NCBI GenBank assembly: GCA_049472315.1
Contig: JBLIRN010000009.1
Location: 20,375 to 84,374, forward strand
Direction of reading: 5' to 3'
Source of the DNA: a bacterium
GTDB taxonomy: Bacteria; SZUA-182; DTGQ01; JAFGSM01
Length of the DNA: 64,000 nt
Shown one piece after another: positions 1-9,350 of this stretch. Each line of letters begins with the position of its first letter. Positions within the stretch are counted from its first letter, which is position 1. The notes under the pieces are model-generated. The model did not search any database. It had not been told where the DNA came from and saw only the letters and a program-made list of their open reading frames with translations. Made by a program: the position numbers and the translations under genes.

Positions 1-1
1 G

Positions 2-427
<426 letters not shown>

Positions 428-430
428 TCC

Positions 431-721
431 GTGGAAAATCCCAAAAACATAACGCTCCGGATCATCTCACCGGAAAGGGTCATATACCAGGGGGCGATCA
501 ACCATATCGTTCTCCCCGCGGCTGACGGCGAGATCGGGATATTTCAGCACCATTCCCCGTACATGACCTATCTGAAGCCCGGCACGCTGCAGATATTCAT
601 GCCGGACGGGCGCGTCCTCCCGCTCGATATCTCAAGCGGCCTGGTGGAGTTCAAGGAGGACCGCCTCACCATTCTCACCAGGGACCGGATCGACGCGCAC
701 GAGTGCCTGTCGGCAGGATAA
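431..721 (+). CDS. atpC: F1 ATP synthase epsilon subunit (short, N-terminal beta-sandwich only)
   Basis: Follows atpD by 3 nt; LRIISPER...VLPAADGEIGIFQHHSP...LKPG...SGLVE pattern. Confidence 0.9.
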   Translation: MENPKNITLRIISPERVIYQGAINHIVLPAADGEIGIFQHHSPYMTYLKPGTLQIFMPDGRVLPLDISSGLVEFKEDRLTILTRDRIDAHECLSAG

Positions 722-789
722 CATTTGCTTGAAAAATCTTTGAGATAAGGGCCAGGATCTATAAGTTGTTTTTAAGGATTCGACTCTAT

Positions 790-1077
790 TTATAGTAAAC
801 GCCTTTTGAGAATCGTGTAAAGGTTTTCTCTTTTCCCTATCATCAATATGAAGACGGTTTTTTCTTTTTGATCAACCACATAGCAAATCCTATAATCGAC
901 ATTGTTCTTTCTGAAGTGGTGTGAATAGATTCCGGTAAATTCACCGGAGAGACTGTAACCTGAGGATGGGTCCTGCAATATTTTAGGGATCTGAAAATTT
1001 TTTATCTCTGATACCACTGGCTTATCTAACTGTTTTAAATCCTTTTTTACCCCCGGATGATATTCATCCTTATACAT
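790..1077 (-). CDS. RelE/ParE-family toxin (type II TA)
   Basis: MYKDEYHPGVKKDLKQLDK...LSGEFTGIYSHHF...DYRICYVV...VFILMIGKRENLY; start overlaps the stop of the upstream small ORF; AT-rich. Confidence 0.8.
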   Translation of the reverse strand: MYKDEYHPGVKKDLKQLDKPVVSEIKNFQIPKILQDPSSGYSLSGEFTGIYSHHFRKNNVDYRICYVVDQKEKTVFILMIGKRENLYTILKRRLL

Positions 1078-1252
1078 CAAAAACCTCTTCACGAGAAAGG
1101 GTTTTCACGGTCTTATTCTCTATTTCCTTTTTTCGCTTCGAGAGTTCCTCGCCCGCATCACTTAATAGTAAGGATAAGGTCTCTAAATCCCTTTTTTCAA
1201 GTTTCTTAATTGTCTCTGCGAGGTTTTCTATGCTGATATTAATCTTAGGCAT
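1070..1252 (-). CDS. Putative antitoxin (about 60 aa)
   Basis: MPKINISIENLAETIKKL...LSREEVFDV; GGAG upstream; overlaps toxin start (TTGATGTATAA). Confidence 0.65.
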   Translation of the reverse strand: MPKINISIENLAETIKKLEKRDLETLSLLLSDAGEELSKRKKEIENKTVKTLSREEVFDV

Positions 1253-1445
1253 TATGTTTCTCCATGCAAAAAACTTTTGATAGAGGCTGAACATCCTTTC
1301 CATTTTACATTAAATTCTACCTTCTTCTGGCTAAAAAATCAAAAAATCCCTTGTTTTACTTAACTCTCGTCCTTCATTATATTTGGAGCCGCATGGACGA
1401 TAGATGGAAATGATGTTTACGTGGGCCTTTTCGGTGTCCCGAAGA

Positions 1446-1604
1446 TCAGTTTACTGACAGGCGTCTTACAAGCAAGGCCACATCCCCGCCCCGCCTGCCG
1501 CGACAGATGTGCAGTTCATCAAGCACGAGAAATTTGAGATTGCGGGCCGCCTTGATGATCTTTTTCTTGTAAGGCCTTGTGAGAATCAGCTCGGCCATCA
1601 CATA
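1446..1604 (-). pseudogene. Fragment of DEAD/DEAH-box helicase (motif II region)
   Basis: Manual translation YVMAELILTRPYKKKIIKAARNLKFLVLDELHICRGRRGGDVALLVRRL*; DELH motif; no flanking helicase sequence. Confidence 0.7.
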
Positions 1605-1699
1605 AACGGATACAGCCTTTTCAACTGTCTTTTTACAGGCAATTTGATATGGTTGTGCATGATGGAATCCCTGTTTTAGTGGTATGAATACCGAACAGC

Positions 1700-1879
1700 A
1701 TGAATATTGTTCCTTTTAACAATGCCCTGTTTCCGAGGAAATTGCTGGATGCCGGAACGCTGAAACAGGCGGGGGTGGATATGGTGCTGCAGCCGTTTAT
1801 CGATGCGGCCAAGAAAGCGGCCCAGAAGTTGATAAAGGGCATGGTGATGGGTCAGCATCATCATGACCGGCAGGTATAA
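1700..1879 (+). pseudogene. Possible C-terminal fragment of a TrkA-N/RCK-domain cation:proton antiporter
   Basis: 59-aa ORF containing DAGTLKQAGVDMVLQPFIDAAKKAAQKL, resembling the end of RCK domains. Confidence 0.4.
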
Positions 1880-2098
1880 CAGAGGGTGAAGAATTGCACC
1901 CATAAACCTGCATAATCCCTCATTTAATGAGGTGAGGATGTTCCACACCATGTCTCTGATCCGGGAGACTGAAGGCGTCGTTGTGCACATGGCGGGCGGT
2001 CTTCCGATCATGCGCGAGGTGCGGAAGTCGATGGCAGTGCCTTATTGGCAAGTACGGATGGTGTTACGTGATTTTGGCAATGATCATGGGGAGGGTAT

Positions 2099-2506
2099 AT
2101 GTTTAAGTACGTGACATGGTTCGAGCAAATAGTAATCGCCGTGCTTATCTTCATGATGGCCGTAGTCGTGCTTCTGGCAACCGTTGAACTGGGATGGGAA
2201 ATTGTGGAAGCCATGGCCGCCCCACCGCTACTCCTCCTTGGACTTGACCGAATATTGAATATCTTCGGCCTTTTCCTGTTGGTGCTCATCGGTATCGAAC
2301 TGGTGGAAACGATCAAGGTCTTCTTTACCGAAAGGGCCATACGCGTCGAAGTGGTCTTGATGGTCGGTATCATCGCCATCGCCCGGAAGGTTGTTGTCCT
2401 TGATATTAGACAGATATCGAGTTTGACGTTGATCGGAATAGGTTTCATAGTCATAGCCCTGACTGCCGGCTACTACTTGATAAGGCTCAGCCACAAAAAA
2501 CAGTAA
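2099..2506 (+). CDS. PsiE-family (phosphate-starvation-inducible E-like) membrane protein
   Basis: Four hydrophobic segments; IFGLFLLVLIGIELVETIK...VEVVLMVGIIAIARKVVVLD; GGGGAGG RBS. Confidence 0.85.
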   Translation: MFKYVTWFEQIVIAVLIFMMAVVVLLATVELGWEIVEAMAAPPLLLLGLDRILNIFGLFLLVLIGIELVETIKVFFTERAIRVEVVLMVGIIAIARKVVVLDIRQISSLTLIGIGFIVIALTAGYYLIRLSHKKQ

Positions 2507-3008
2507 GAAATAAAATACCCCGCTCATAGGCGGTCTGCAGCGCTGCACGTTCGGCAAGTGTAATTGGGCCTTTTGGCTCTCCCTCCGTATGCTTTGAATT
2601 CGCTTTTACCATGTCCGTTGCCCCGCCTGTATTCACTCCTCGCTGCGATATCATAAGACTCTCTGAAACGGCCTTTCGGCCTCAATCCCGTTGAAATAGT
2701 TCCGTCCCTATTTCAAGAAGCTGGCATCCATAGTTTAAAATTCCTTTTTGCCGGCTTGCACTCCGGATATCCACCGGCTATTATCTCGCATATGCAATTG
2801 CACATCAAATATTACCATAGCTCCGCAGTTGGAAGGTTTTACGGGAGGGGTCCGAGTTGAGAAAACCTTGCTGCGATTCATCCGCTTTCATGACACCTGC
2901 AGGGTTTTTCCTTGATGATACGATAAAATTGTGATAGACTTATCCGGTTTAGCTCATGATGTGCTCGGAGATGGGGCACCGTTATTGACACCTTATGCGA
3001 CAGAATGG

Positions 3009-3896
3009 GTGAAAAGCAGCGTAACCATTACATTGGCAAACAATGCCGGGTTTTGTTTCGGCGTTCAGCGGGCTGTGGATATCGCATTCAAGCTCGGGGC
3101 GCAGTATCCCGGTCGGGTCTTTACCATAGGGCCGATTATTCATAATCCGAGCGTAGTCAAGCTCCTGGAGGAAAAATCGGTCCATATGGTCAACGATCTC
3201 GATGAGGTGGAGGAGGGGATCATCATTGTTCGGTCCCACGGTCTGCCGCCCGCAATCATTGAGCAGGCAAAGGGAAAGGGATTATCCATTGTCGATGCAA
3301 CCTGCCCCTTTGTAAAAAAGGTTCAGACCTATGCGCTATCCCTCAGGCGGGAGGGATATCCCGTACTGCTCATAGGGGACAGGGAACATCCGGAAGTCCT
3401 GGCGATCAGGGGATATATAGAGGACGATATTCTTATCTGCCAGAGCCCGAGGGATCTCACGAAATTGGCCGTTCCCAAAAGGCTTGGGGTGGTGGAGCAG
3501 ACCACCCAGGATTATGAAAATTTCAAGGCCATCGTACTCAGACTCCTTGACGTGGTCAAGGACTTAAAGATATACAACACCATCTGTGACTCCACCATCG
3601 TACGGCGGCAGTCCGCACTCAAGCTTGCTAAAAGCGCGGATATGATGATTGTAATCGGGGGACGAAACAGCGCGAATACAAATCGTTTGGCAAGCATATG
3701 CCGATCAGTGAATAGTAAAACACACCTGATCGAAACCGCGGATGAATTGGATAGGGCATGGTTTAACGGGGTCAGGAAGGTCGGGATATCGGCCGGCGCC
3801 TCGACTCCCAAATGGCTCATTGATGATGTGGTAAGCCATATGGATGCCCTTGTTCATCAAGAGATGTCTCGTGAAACCGGCGACAAAAGGTCATGA
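3009..3896 (+). CDS. ispH: 4-hydroxy-3-methylbut-2-enyl diphosphate reductase
   Basis: AGFCFGVQRA, IIHN, RSHG, VDATCPFV, HPEV, QTT, NTICDST, SANT, SAGASTP; start uncertain (ORF open from 2931). Confidence 0.96.
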   Translation: MKSSVTITLANNAGFCFGVQRAVDIAFKLGAQYPGRVFTIGPIIHNPSVVKLLEEKSVHMVNDLDEVEEGIIIVRSHGLPPAIIEQAKGKGLSIVDATCPFVKKVQTYALSLRREGYPVLLIGDREHPEVLAIRGYIEDDILICQSPRDLTKLAVPKRLGVVEQTTQDYENFKAIVLRLLDVVKDLKIYNTICDSTIVRRQSALKLAKSADMMIVIGGRNSANTNRLASICRSVNSKTHLIETADELDRAWFNGVRKVGISAGASTPKWLIDDVVSHMDALVHQEMSRETGDKRS

Positions 3897-3943
3897 GTAT
3901 TTATGACCTATTTTTATAGTTACACAGGGGGTTCAGAAAACCT

Positions 3944-5944
3944 ATGAATTCAGAGGAACGGTTAGAAAACGAAGAGGCCATGCAGGAGGCGGCTGACACC
4001 ACAGCGTTGAAAAAGGAGCAGTCGAAAGAAAAGCTGTCTCTGAGCAAGGATCCGAGCGTCATAGAGGAGGACGTCGATTTTGAAGACTCTGATGAGATGC
4101 TCGACGAGTCGGAGATCGATTATGACGAATTATGCTCTCTCTATGAAAACACCATGGTCAACATAGAAGAGGGAGAGGTCGTCAAGGGGACCATAATAAA
4201 AATAACCGATAACGAGGTACTCATTGACGTTGGTTATAAGTCTGAAGGCACCATCTCGCTCGATGAATTCAGAAAACACGGGGCCAAGGAGGACTTGAAG
4301 GTCGGTGATTCCATTGATGTTTACCTGGAAAGCATCGAGGATGCCGAAGGTCTGGTGGTCCTGTCCAAGGAAAAGGCCGACAAGATACGGATTTGGGATG
4401 AGCTCAACAAGGCTTACGAAGACAATGAGACGATACACGGCCGGGTCTTAAAGCGCATCAAGGGAGGACTCACCGTCGATATCGGCATCCCTGCGTTTCT
4501 TCCCGGTTCCCAGATAGACATACAGCCTGTTCGCGACCTCGATGCATTGAGGGATGAGCGAATCGAGGTAAAGATCATCAAATTGAATCGCAAGAGGGGA
4601 AACATCGTGGTGTCGCGGCGGGTTATACTCGAGGCCGAGCGCGTGCAAAAGCGGAAGGAGACCCTCAAGAACATCGTGGAAGGGAACATCATAAAGGGAA
4701 TGGTTAAAAACATTACCGAATACGGCGCCTTTATCGATCTGGGCGGCATTGATGGATTGCTCCACGTCACGGATATGTCCTGGGGACGTATCAGGCATCC
4801 CTCCGAGCTCTTCATGATCGGTGACGAGGTGGAGGTAAAGGTACTCAAATTCGATCCGGAAACGGAGAAGGTCTCCCTCGGATTGAAGCAAAAGACCCCC
4901 GATCCATGGGAACGTGCCGATGAGAAATATGTTGTTGGGAGCAGGATCAGGGGAAAGGTGGTCAGCCTTACGGATTACGGCGCCTTTGTCGAGCTTGAAG
5001 AGGGAGTCGAAGGGCTCATCCATGTATCGGAAATGTCCTGGACCAGAAAGATTCGGCATCCCTCGCGCGTCGTGGCAATCGGCGATATTGTTGAGGTCAT
5101 TGTTCTCGATGTCGACAAGGAGAGGAAAAGGATCTCGTTGGGCATGAAGCAGACGGAACCGAATCCCTGGCTCATTATTGAGAACAAATACGAGGTCGGA
5201 TCGAAGATTTCCGGAAGGGTGCGAAACATCACCGATTTCGGGGCGTTTGTTGAGTTGGAGGAGGGGATCGACGGCCTTATCCATATCTCCGATATGTCCT
5301 GGACCCAACGGGTAAAGCATCCCTCGGACATTTTGAAGAAGGGTGAGAAGGTCGAGGCGATCATTTTAAACATCGACAGCAAGAACGAGCGGTTATCGCT
5401 AGGGCTCAAGCAGCTCACGCCAAATCCCTGGCTGGAGGTGCCTCACAAATATCCCATCGGGTCTGACTGCGAATGTAAGGTAGTCAAGATCATCGACAAT
5501 GGGGTCATCGTCTCGCTGGAAGAGGGGATCGACGGGTATATCCATGTATCGGAGATATCCGAGGAGGATATCAGCAGCCCCAAGGATGTGTTAAAGCTCG
5601 ACGATACCATCAGGGCAAAGGTCATACGCCTCGATCCAGATAACAAGAAGATTGGATTGAGCATACGGGCGTTTGAAAAGCAGCAGTCAAATGCCGAGAT
5701 GTCCAAGTATATGAGTCAACCGGGGGAAAAGCTAAATCCAATTGATGCTGGACCCCTCAAGGAGATCATCGAGGCGCACGAGAAGGCAAAAAAGAAATCG
5801 GTGAAGGTGAAGCCCGTAAAAGAGGAAGCCACAACCGAGGAGCCCGAAACCGAGGAACCTGAAGCCGAGGAGCCTGAAACCGAAGAGCCCGAAGCCGAGG
5901 AACCCGAAGCCGAGGAGCCCGAGCCCAAGGAAGAAGAGGAGTAA
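3944..5944 (+). CDS. rpsA: 30S ribosomal protein S1 with acidic N- and C-terminal extensions
   Basis: Six S1 repeats (VDVGYKSEG-like, AFLPGSQID, YGAFIDLGGIDGLLHVTDMSW etc.). Confidence 0.97.
   Translation: MNSEERLENEEAMQEAADTTALKKEQSKEKLSLSKDPSVIEEDVDFEDSDEMLDESEIDYDELCSLYENTMVNIEEGEVVKGTIIKITDNEVLIDVGYKSEGTISLDEFRKHGAKEDLKVGDSIDVYLESIEDAEGLVVLSKEKADKIRIWDELNKAYEDNETIHGRVLKRIKGGLTVDIGIPAFLPGSQIDIQPVRDLDALRDERIEVKIIKLNRKRGNIVVSRRVILEAERVQKRKETLKNIVEGNIIKGMVKNITEYGAFIDLGGIDGLLHVTDMSWGRIRHPSELFMIGDEVEVKVLKFDPETEKVSLGLKQKTPDPWERADEKYVVGSRIRGKVVSLTDYGAFVELEEGVEGLIHVSEMSWTRKIRHPSRVVAIGDIVEVIVLDVDKERKRISLGMKQTEPNPWLIIENKYEVGSKISGRVRNITDFGAFVELEEGIDGLIHISDMSWTQRVKHPSDILKKGEKVEAIILNIDSKNERLSLGLKQLTPNPWLEVPHKYPIGSDCECKVVKIIDNGVIVSLEEGIDGYIHVSEISEEDISSPKDVLKLDDTIRAKVIRLDPDNKKIGLSIRAFEKQQSNAEMSKYMSQPGEKLNPIDAGPLKEIIEAHEKAKKKSVKVKPVKEEATTEEPETEEPEAEEPETEEPEAEEPEAEEPEPKEEEE
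5834..5923 (+). repeat. Six 15-bp tandem units encoding (T/A)EEPE in the S1 tail
   Basis: accgaggagcccgaa accgaggaacctgaa gccgaggagcctgaa accgaagagcccgaa gccgaggaacccgaa gccgaggagcccgag. Confidence 0.9.
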
Positions 5945-6020
5945 TAATCCGCGCGCATGCGCGGGCATCCGGGGAGATAAAACAGCTTCGTCCGTGTATG
6001 CGGATGCGGCTGTATACAAT

Positions 6021-6905
6021 ATGCTTGCACCAGGCGTTAAAAGGGGTTTAATCTATTTGTTGGCAGCCCTTTGTGCCGTTTTCCTCCTGAGTGTTGTGGC
6101 CTCCGTTATGTTCGGCCTCTCGATCACCGGCATGAAGTCAGGGAAAATCGGACTTATCAAGGTGGAGGGAATTATTGTCTCCTCCGGCTCGTTCATTGAG
6201 CAACTCAAGACATTCAGGGAGCAGGATACCGTTCGCGCCCTCGTTGTGCGCATAGACAGCCCCGGCGGCAGTGTCGCCCCCTCCCAGGAGATATATCGTG
6301 AGTTGGTGAAGTTCAAGGAGGAAACAGGGAAAAAGGTCGTGGCATCAATGGCGAGCACCGCGGCATCGGGCGGCTATTATATCGCGTGTGCCGCGGACAA
6401 GATCGTAGCAAATCCCGGTACCCTTACCGGAAGTATCGGTGTTATTGTAACGTTTCCCAATCTTGGCCGGCTTTTCGATAAGGTGGGATACGAAGAGCAG
6501 ATTGTAAAAAGCGGAAGGTTCAAGGACATCGGTTCCGCGTCCAGGGAACTGACTGAAGAGGAGCGAGCAATACTCCAGCGGGTCGTTGACGATATCCATG
6601 AACAGTTTATCGAGGCGGTATCCACGTCGCGCAACATCGATAAGGAGAATATCGCGTCGCTCGCCGATGGGCGTGTCTTTTCAGGACGACAGGCAATGGA
6701 GTTCAACCTGGTCGATTCTCTGGGTACCTTGGAGGATGCGGTCGAGCTTGCCTCGGACCTTGCCGGAATCTCCGGCGAACCCAAGGTAGTCACCGTTAAA
6801 AAGGAACGCTCCCTCTTTGATATTGCCAGGGACCTCGTCGATCAGGTTTGCTCATTCAAGCCGTTTGAATATTCTCCGATCAAGGTGCAGTATATTCTTC
6901 CATAG
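6021..6905 (+). CDS. sppA: Signal peptide peptidase SppA (S49, 36K type)
   Basis: RIDSPGGS, AASGGYYIA, TGSIGVI, KSGRFKD, ADGRVFSG; N-terminal TM segment. Confidence 0.93.
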   Translation: MLAPGVKRGLIYLLAALCAVFLLSVVASVMFGLSITGMKSGKIGLIKVEGIIVSSGSFIEQLKTFREQDTVRALVVRIDSPGGSVAPSQEIYRELVKFKEETGKKVVASMASTAASGGYYIACAADKIVANPGTLTGSIGVIVTFPNLGRLFDKVGYEEQIVKSGRFKDIGSASRELTEEERAILQRVVDDIHEQFIEAVSTSRNIDKENIASLADGRVFSGRQAMEFNLVDSLGTLEDAVELASDLAGISGEPKVVTVKKERSLFDIARDLVDQVCSFKPFEYSPIKVQYILP

Positions 6906-7079
6906 GCGCAGCACTATGCCGTTCACGGCACCCTCAGCAGGATCGTTATGGCATTGACAATGCCCAATAAGAGATCAGGAACAATGTGCGGATGCAGGCC
7001 CATTTCCGGGCGATTCCTGATTCGATATAAGGCTATTTTGGCACGGGGTTGTAAAACCTACACCTTTTGAGGAACATGC

Positions 7080-8744
7080 ATGAGGGATGTACTCATCGAT
7101 GAATTATCCCGGGCGGTGCAAGCGGTTGTAATCGCGCATGGGAAGGCGCTCGATGCGAATGATCTTCCTATGGGCCTGGAACCCACCAAAAACCCTGAAC
7201 ACGGTGATCTTGCATCCAACGTAGCCTTTCCCTTGGCCAGAATCCTCGGCCTCAGGCCCATTCAGATTGCTCACACAATCGTGGAAGGGATCCGAATGGA
7301 TAGCGGCCTCATCGACCGCATGTCCGTTGCTCCCCCCGGTTTTATTAACTTCACCTTATCCGACCGGTATTGGCACGGTATAATTCGGATGGTCCTCACC
7401 GAAGGTGATGCTTACGGTCGCTGCGCGATCGGCAAGGGTAAAAGGGTCCTGATCGAATTCGTGAGCGCAAACCCCACCGGGCCCCTTCATATTGGACATG
7501 GACGGTGTGCCGCCTTCGGGGACGTGCTGTCCAACCTCTGTGCGATTGCCGGATACGATGTGAAAAGGGAATATTACATAAACGACGCCGGCAGGCAGAT
7601 GGATCTGTTGGGAAAATCCATTCTGTCACGATATATGCAGCGATTCGACGAGAACGCGCCGTTTCCCGAGGATGGCTATAAGGGTGATTACATCAAGGAG
7701 ATTGCCGAGGAGATCTACCGGAGGGATGGGGATATCTATGTGCACCGGCCCGAAGGGGAGTCCGTCTCCATCCTGACCCGCATGGCTGCGGAAAAAATAC
7801 TTCAAATGATCAAGGAGGACTTACAGTCCTTCGGTATTGTTTTTGACCGATGGTTCAGCGAACAGTCACTCTACGATAGCGGCAAGGTCGCCTCCACGAT
7901 CGAGCTTCTCAGAAAGCAGGGCTTTATTTACGACCAGGATGGCGCCCAGTGGATGAAGGCCTCCTGTCTCGGCGATCAGAAGGACCGGGTCATCATTCGC
8001 TCAAACGGCGAACCAACCTATTTCGCGTCGGATATCGCCTATCATCATGATAAGTATCAGCGCGGATTCGATCGGACCATCGATATCTGGGGCGCTGACC
8101 ATCACGGCTACGTCGACAGGATAAAGGCCGTGCTGAAGGCATTGGAGCATCCCGAGGATTCATTCTCCGCCCTGCTGGTGCAGATGGTAAAGTTGATGCG
8201 AAACGGCGCACAGATCGATATGTCAACCAGACAGGGCACCTTTACCACCCTTGAGGAGGTGGTTAAGGAGGTGGGCCGGGATGCGGCCCGATTCTTTTTC
8301 CTTCTCAGACGGCATGACAGCCATCTTGATTTTGATCTGGACCTTGCCAAGGAACAATCCGCTAAAAATCCTGTATTCTATTGTCAATACGCGCATGCGC
8401 GCATCTGCAGCATTGAGAAAAAGGCCGCGGCCAAGGGAATCCCTCTCTCCGGCACGGATGCCGATTTCTCCCTGCTGCGGCTGGAGGAGGAAAGGGAAAT
8501 CATCAAGAAATTGGACGCCTTTCCCTATCTCCTCACCAGCGCAGTACAGGCATTGGAGCCTCACAAAATAACATTCTACCTTATAGAGCTTTCAACACTA
8601 TTCCATAAGTATTATAATGCCCATAGGGTGGTCAGCCGTAATGCGCAGCTCACCCTGGCACGTATGCAGCTTATCGAGGCGGTGAAGATCGTCGTGCGAA
8701 ACTGCCTGGCGCTTTTGGGCGTTTCGGCACCTGAAACAATGTAG
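7080..8744 (+). CDS. argS: Arginine-tRNA ligase
   Basis: EFVSANPTGPLHIGHGR, EYYINDAG, WGADHHGY, MSTRQG, NPVFYCQYAHAR, LGVSAPETM. Confidence 0.97.
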   Translation: MRDVLIDELSRAVQAVVIAHGKALDANDLPMGLEPTKNPEHGDLASNVAFPLARILGLRPIQIAHTIVEGIRMDSGLIDRMSVAPPGFINFTLSDRYWHGIIRMVLTEGDAYGRCAIGKGKRVLIEFVSANPTGPLHIGHGRCAAFGDVLSNLCAIAGYDVKREYYINDAGRQMDLLGKSILSRYMQRFDENAPFPEDGYKGDYIKEIAEEIYRRDGDIYVHRPEGESVSILTRMAAEKILQMIKEDLQSFGIVFDRWFSEQSLYDSGKVASTIELLRKQGFIYDQDGAQWMKASCLGDQKDRVIIRSNGEPTYFASDIAYHHDKYQRGFDRTIDIWGADHHGYVDRIKAVLKALEHPEDSFSALLVQMVKLMRNGAQIDMSTRQGTFTTLEEVVKEVGRDAARFFFLLRRHDSHLDFDLDLAKEQSAKNPVFYCQYAHARICSIEKKAAAKGIPLSGTDADFSLLRLEEEREIIKKLDAFPYLLTSAVQALEPHKITFYLIELSTLFHKYYNAHRVVSRNAQLTLARMQLIEAVKIVVRNCLALLGVSAPETM

Positions 8745-8751
8745 GGCATCC

Positions 8752-9345
8752 ATGGGGGAAAACGTCCCGAGAAAACTACAATTCGGCCAAATTTCCTGGA
8801 TACGGGCCACGATACTCATACTCGGATACATCGTGGTTTTCGGGCTGGGATGTGCGGTGGGGCTTCACTATGCGCAGAACCTCTATCTGCCCGGCAGGCA
8901 ATCGGTCGGGGGACGAAAAATACCGGCAAAACCTGAAACCGTGGGGGGAAATCTTACCTTTTTTTACGACCTCAAAGGCGCTGCGAGGGAACGAGCCGGT
9001 CGCAAGGAAATAGAGACTCCCTCCTCCACGGCACGGGGGCCTCAAGAGGAAAATACGCAGGCCGAGGTGCGGAGGCCCCAGGTCAATGACGTTCATGATT
9101 CAACAGCCTCCGGTGGCTACACCATTCAGGTTTTTTCATTCAAATCCAGAGACATATCTGAACGCATGGTTGCGCAGCTTAAGGATAAAGGATACCCCGC
9201 GTATCAATCCACAATCGACCTGGGCTCCAATGGTATTTACCACCGCGTGCGTATAGGTCATTTCAAAACCAGATCGGACGCCGCCCAGGTGCTTGAGAAG
9301 GTTCTGACACGCGAGAACAAGGAAGCCTTTATTACAAGGGATTAG
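8752..9345 (+). CDS. Membrane-anchored SPOR-domain protein
   Basis: N-terminal TM, LTFFYDL motif, C-terminal YTIQVFSF...L..KGYPAY...YHRVRIGHF; typical position after argS. Confidence 0.85.
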   Translation: MGENVPRKLQFGQISWIRATILILGYIVVFGLGCAVGLHYAQNLYLPGRQSVGGRKIPAKPETVGGNLTFFYDLKGAARERAGRKEIETPSSTARGPQEENTQAEVRRPQVNDVHDSTASGGYTIQVFSFKSRDISERMVAQLKDKGYPAYQSTIDLGSNGIYHRVRIGHFKTRSDAAQVLEKVLTRENKEAFITRD

Positions 9346-9350
9346 CACCT

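Noticed and set aside
1932..2114. 60-aa ORF upstream of the psiE-like gene
   Set aside because: No recognisable motif; overlaps the psiE-like start in another frame
2665..2690. Hammerhead ribozyme (minus strand GAGGCCGAAAGGCCG)
   Set aside because: Lacks the CUGAUGA and GAAA catalytic core around the stem
7038..7056. Sigma54 promoter upstream of argS (TTGGCACGGGGTTGTA)
   Set aside because: No GC at the -12 position with the required 10-bp spacing
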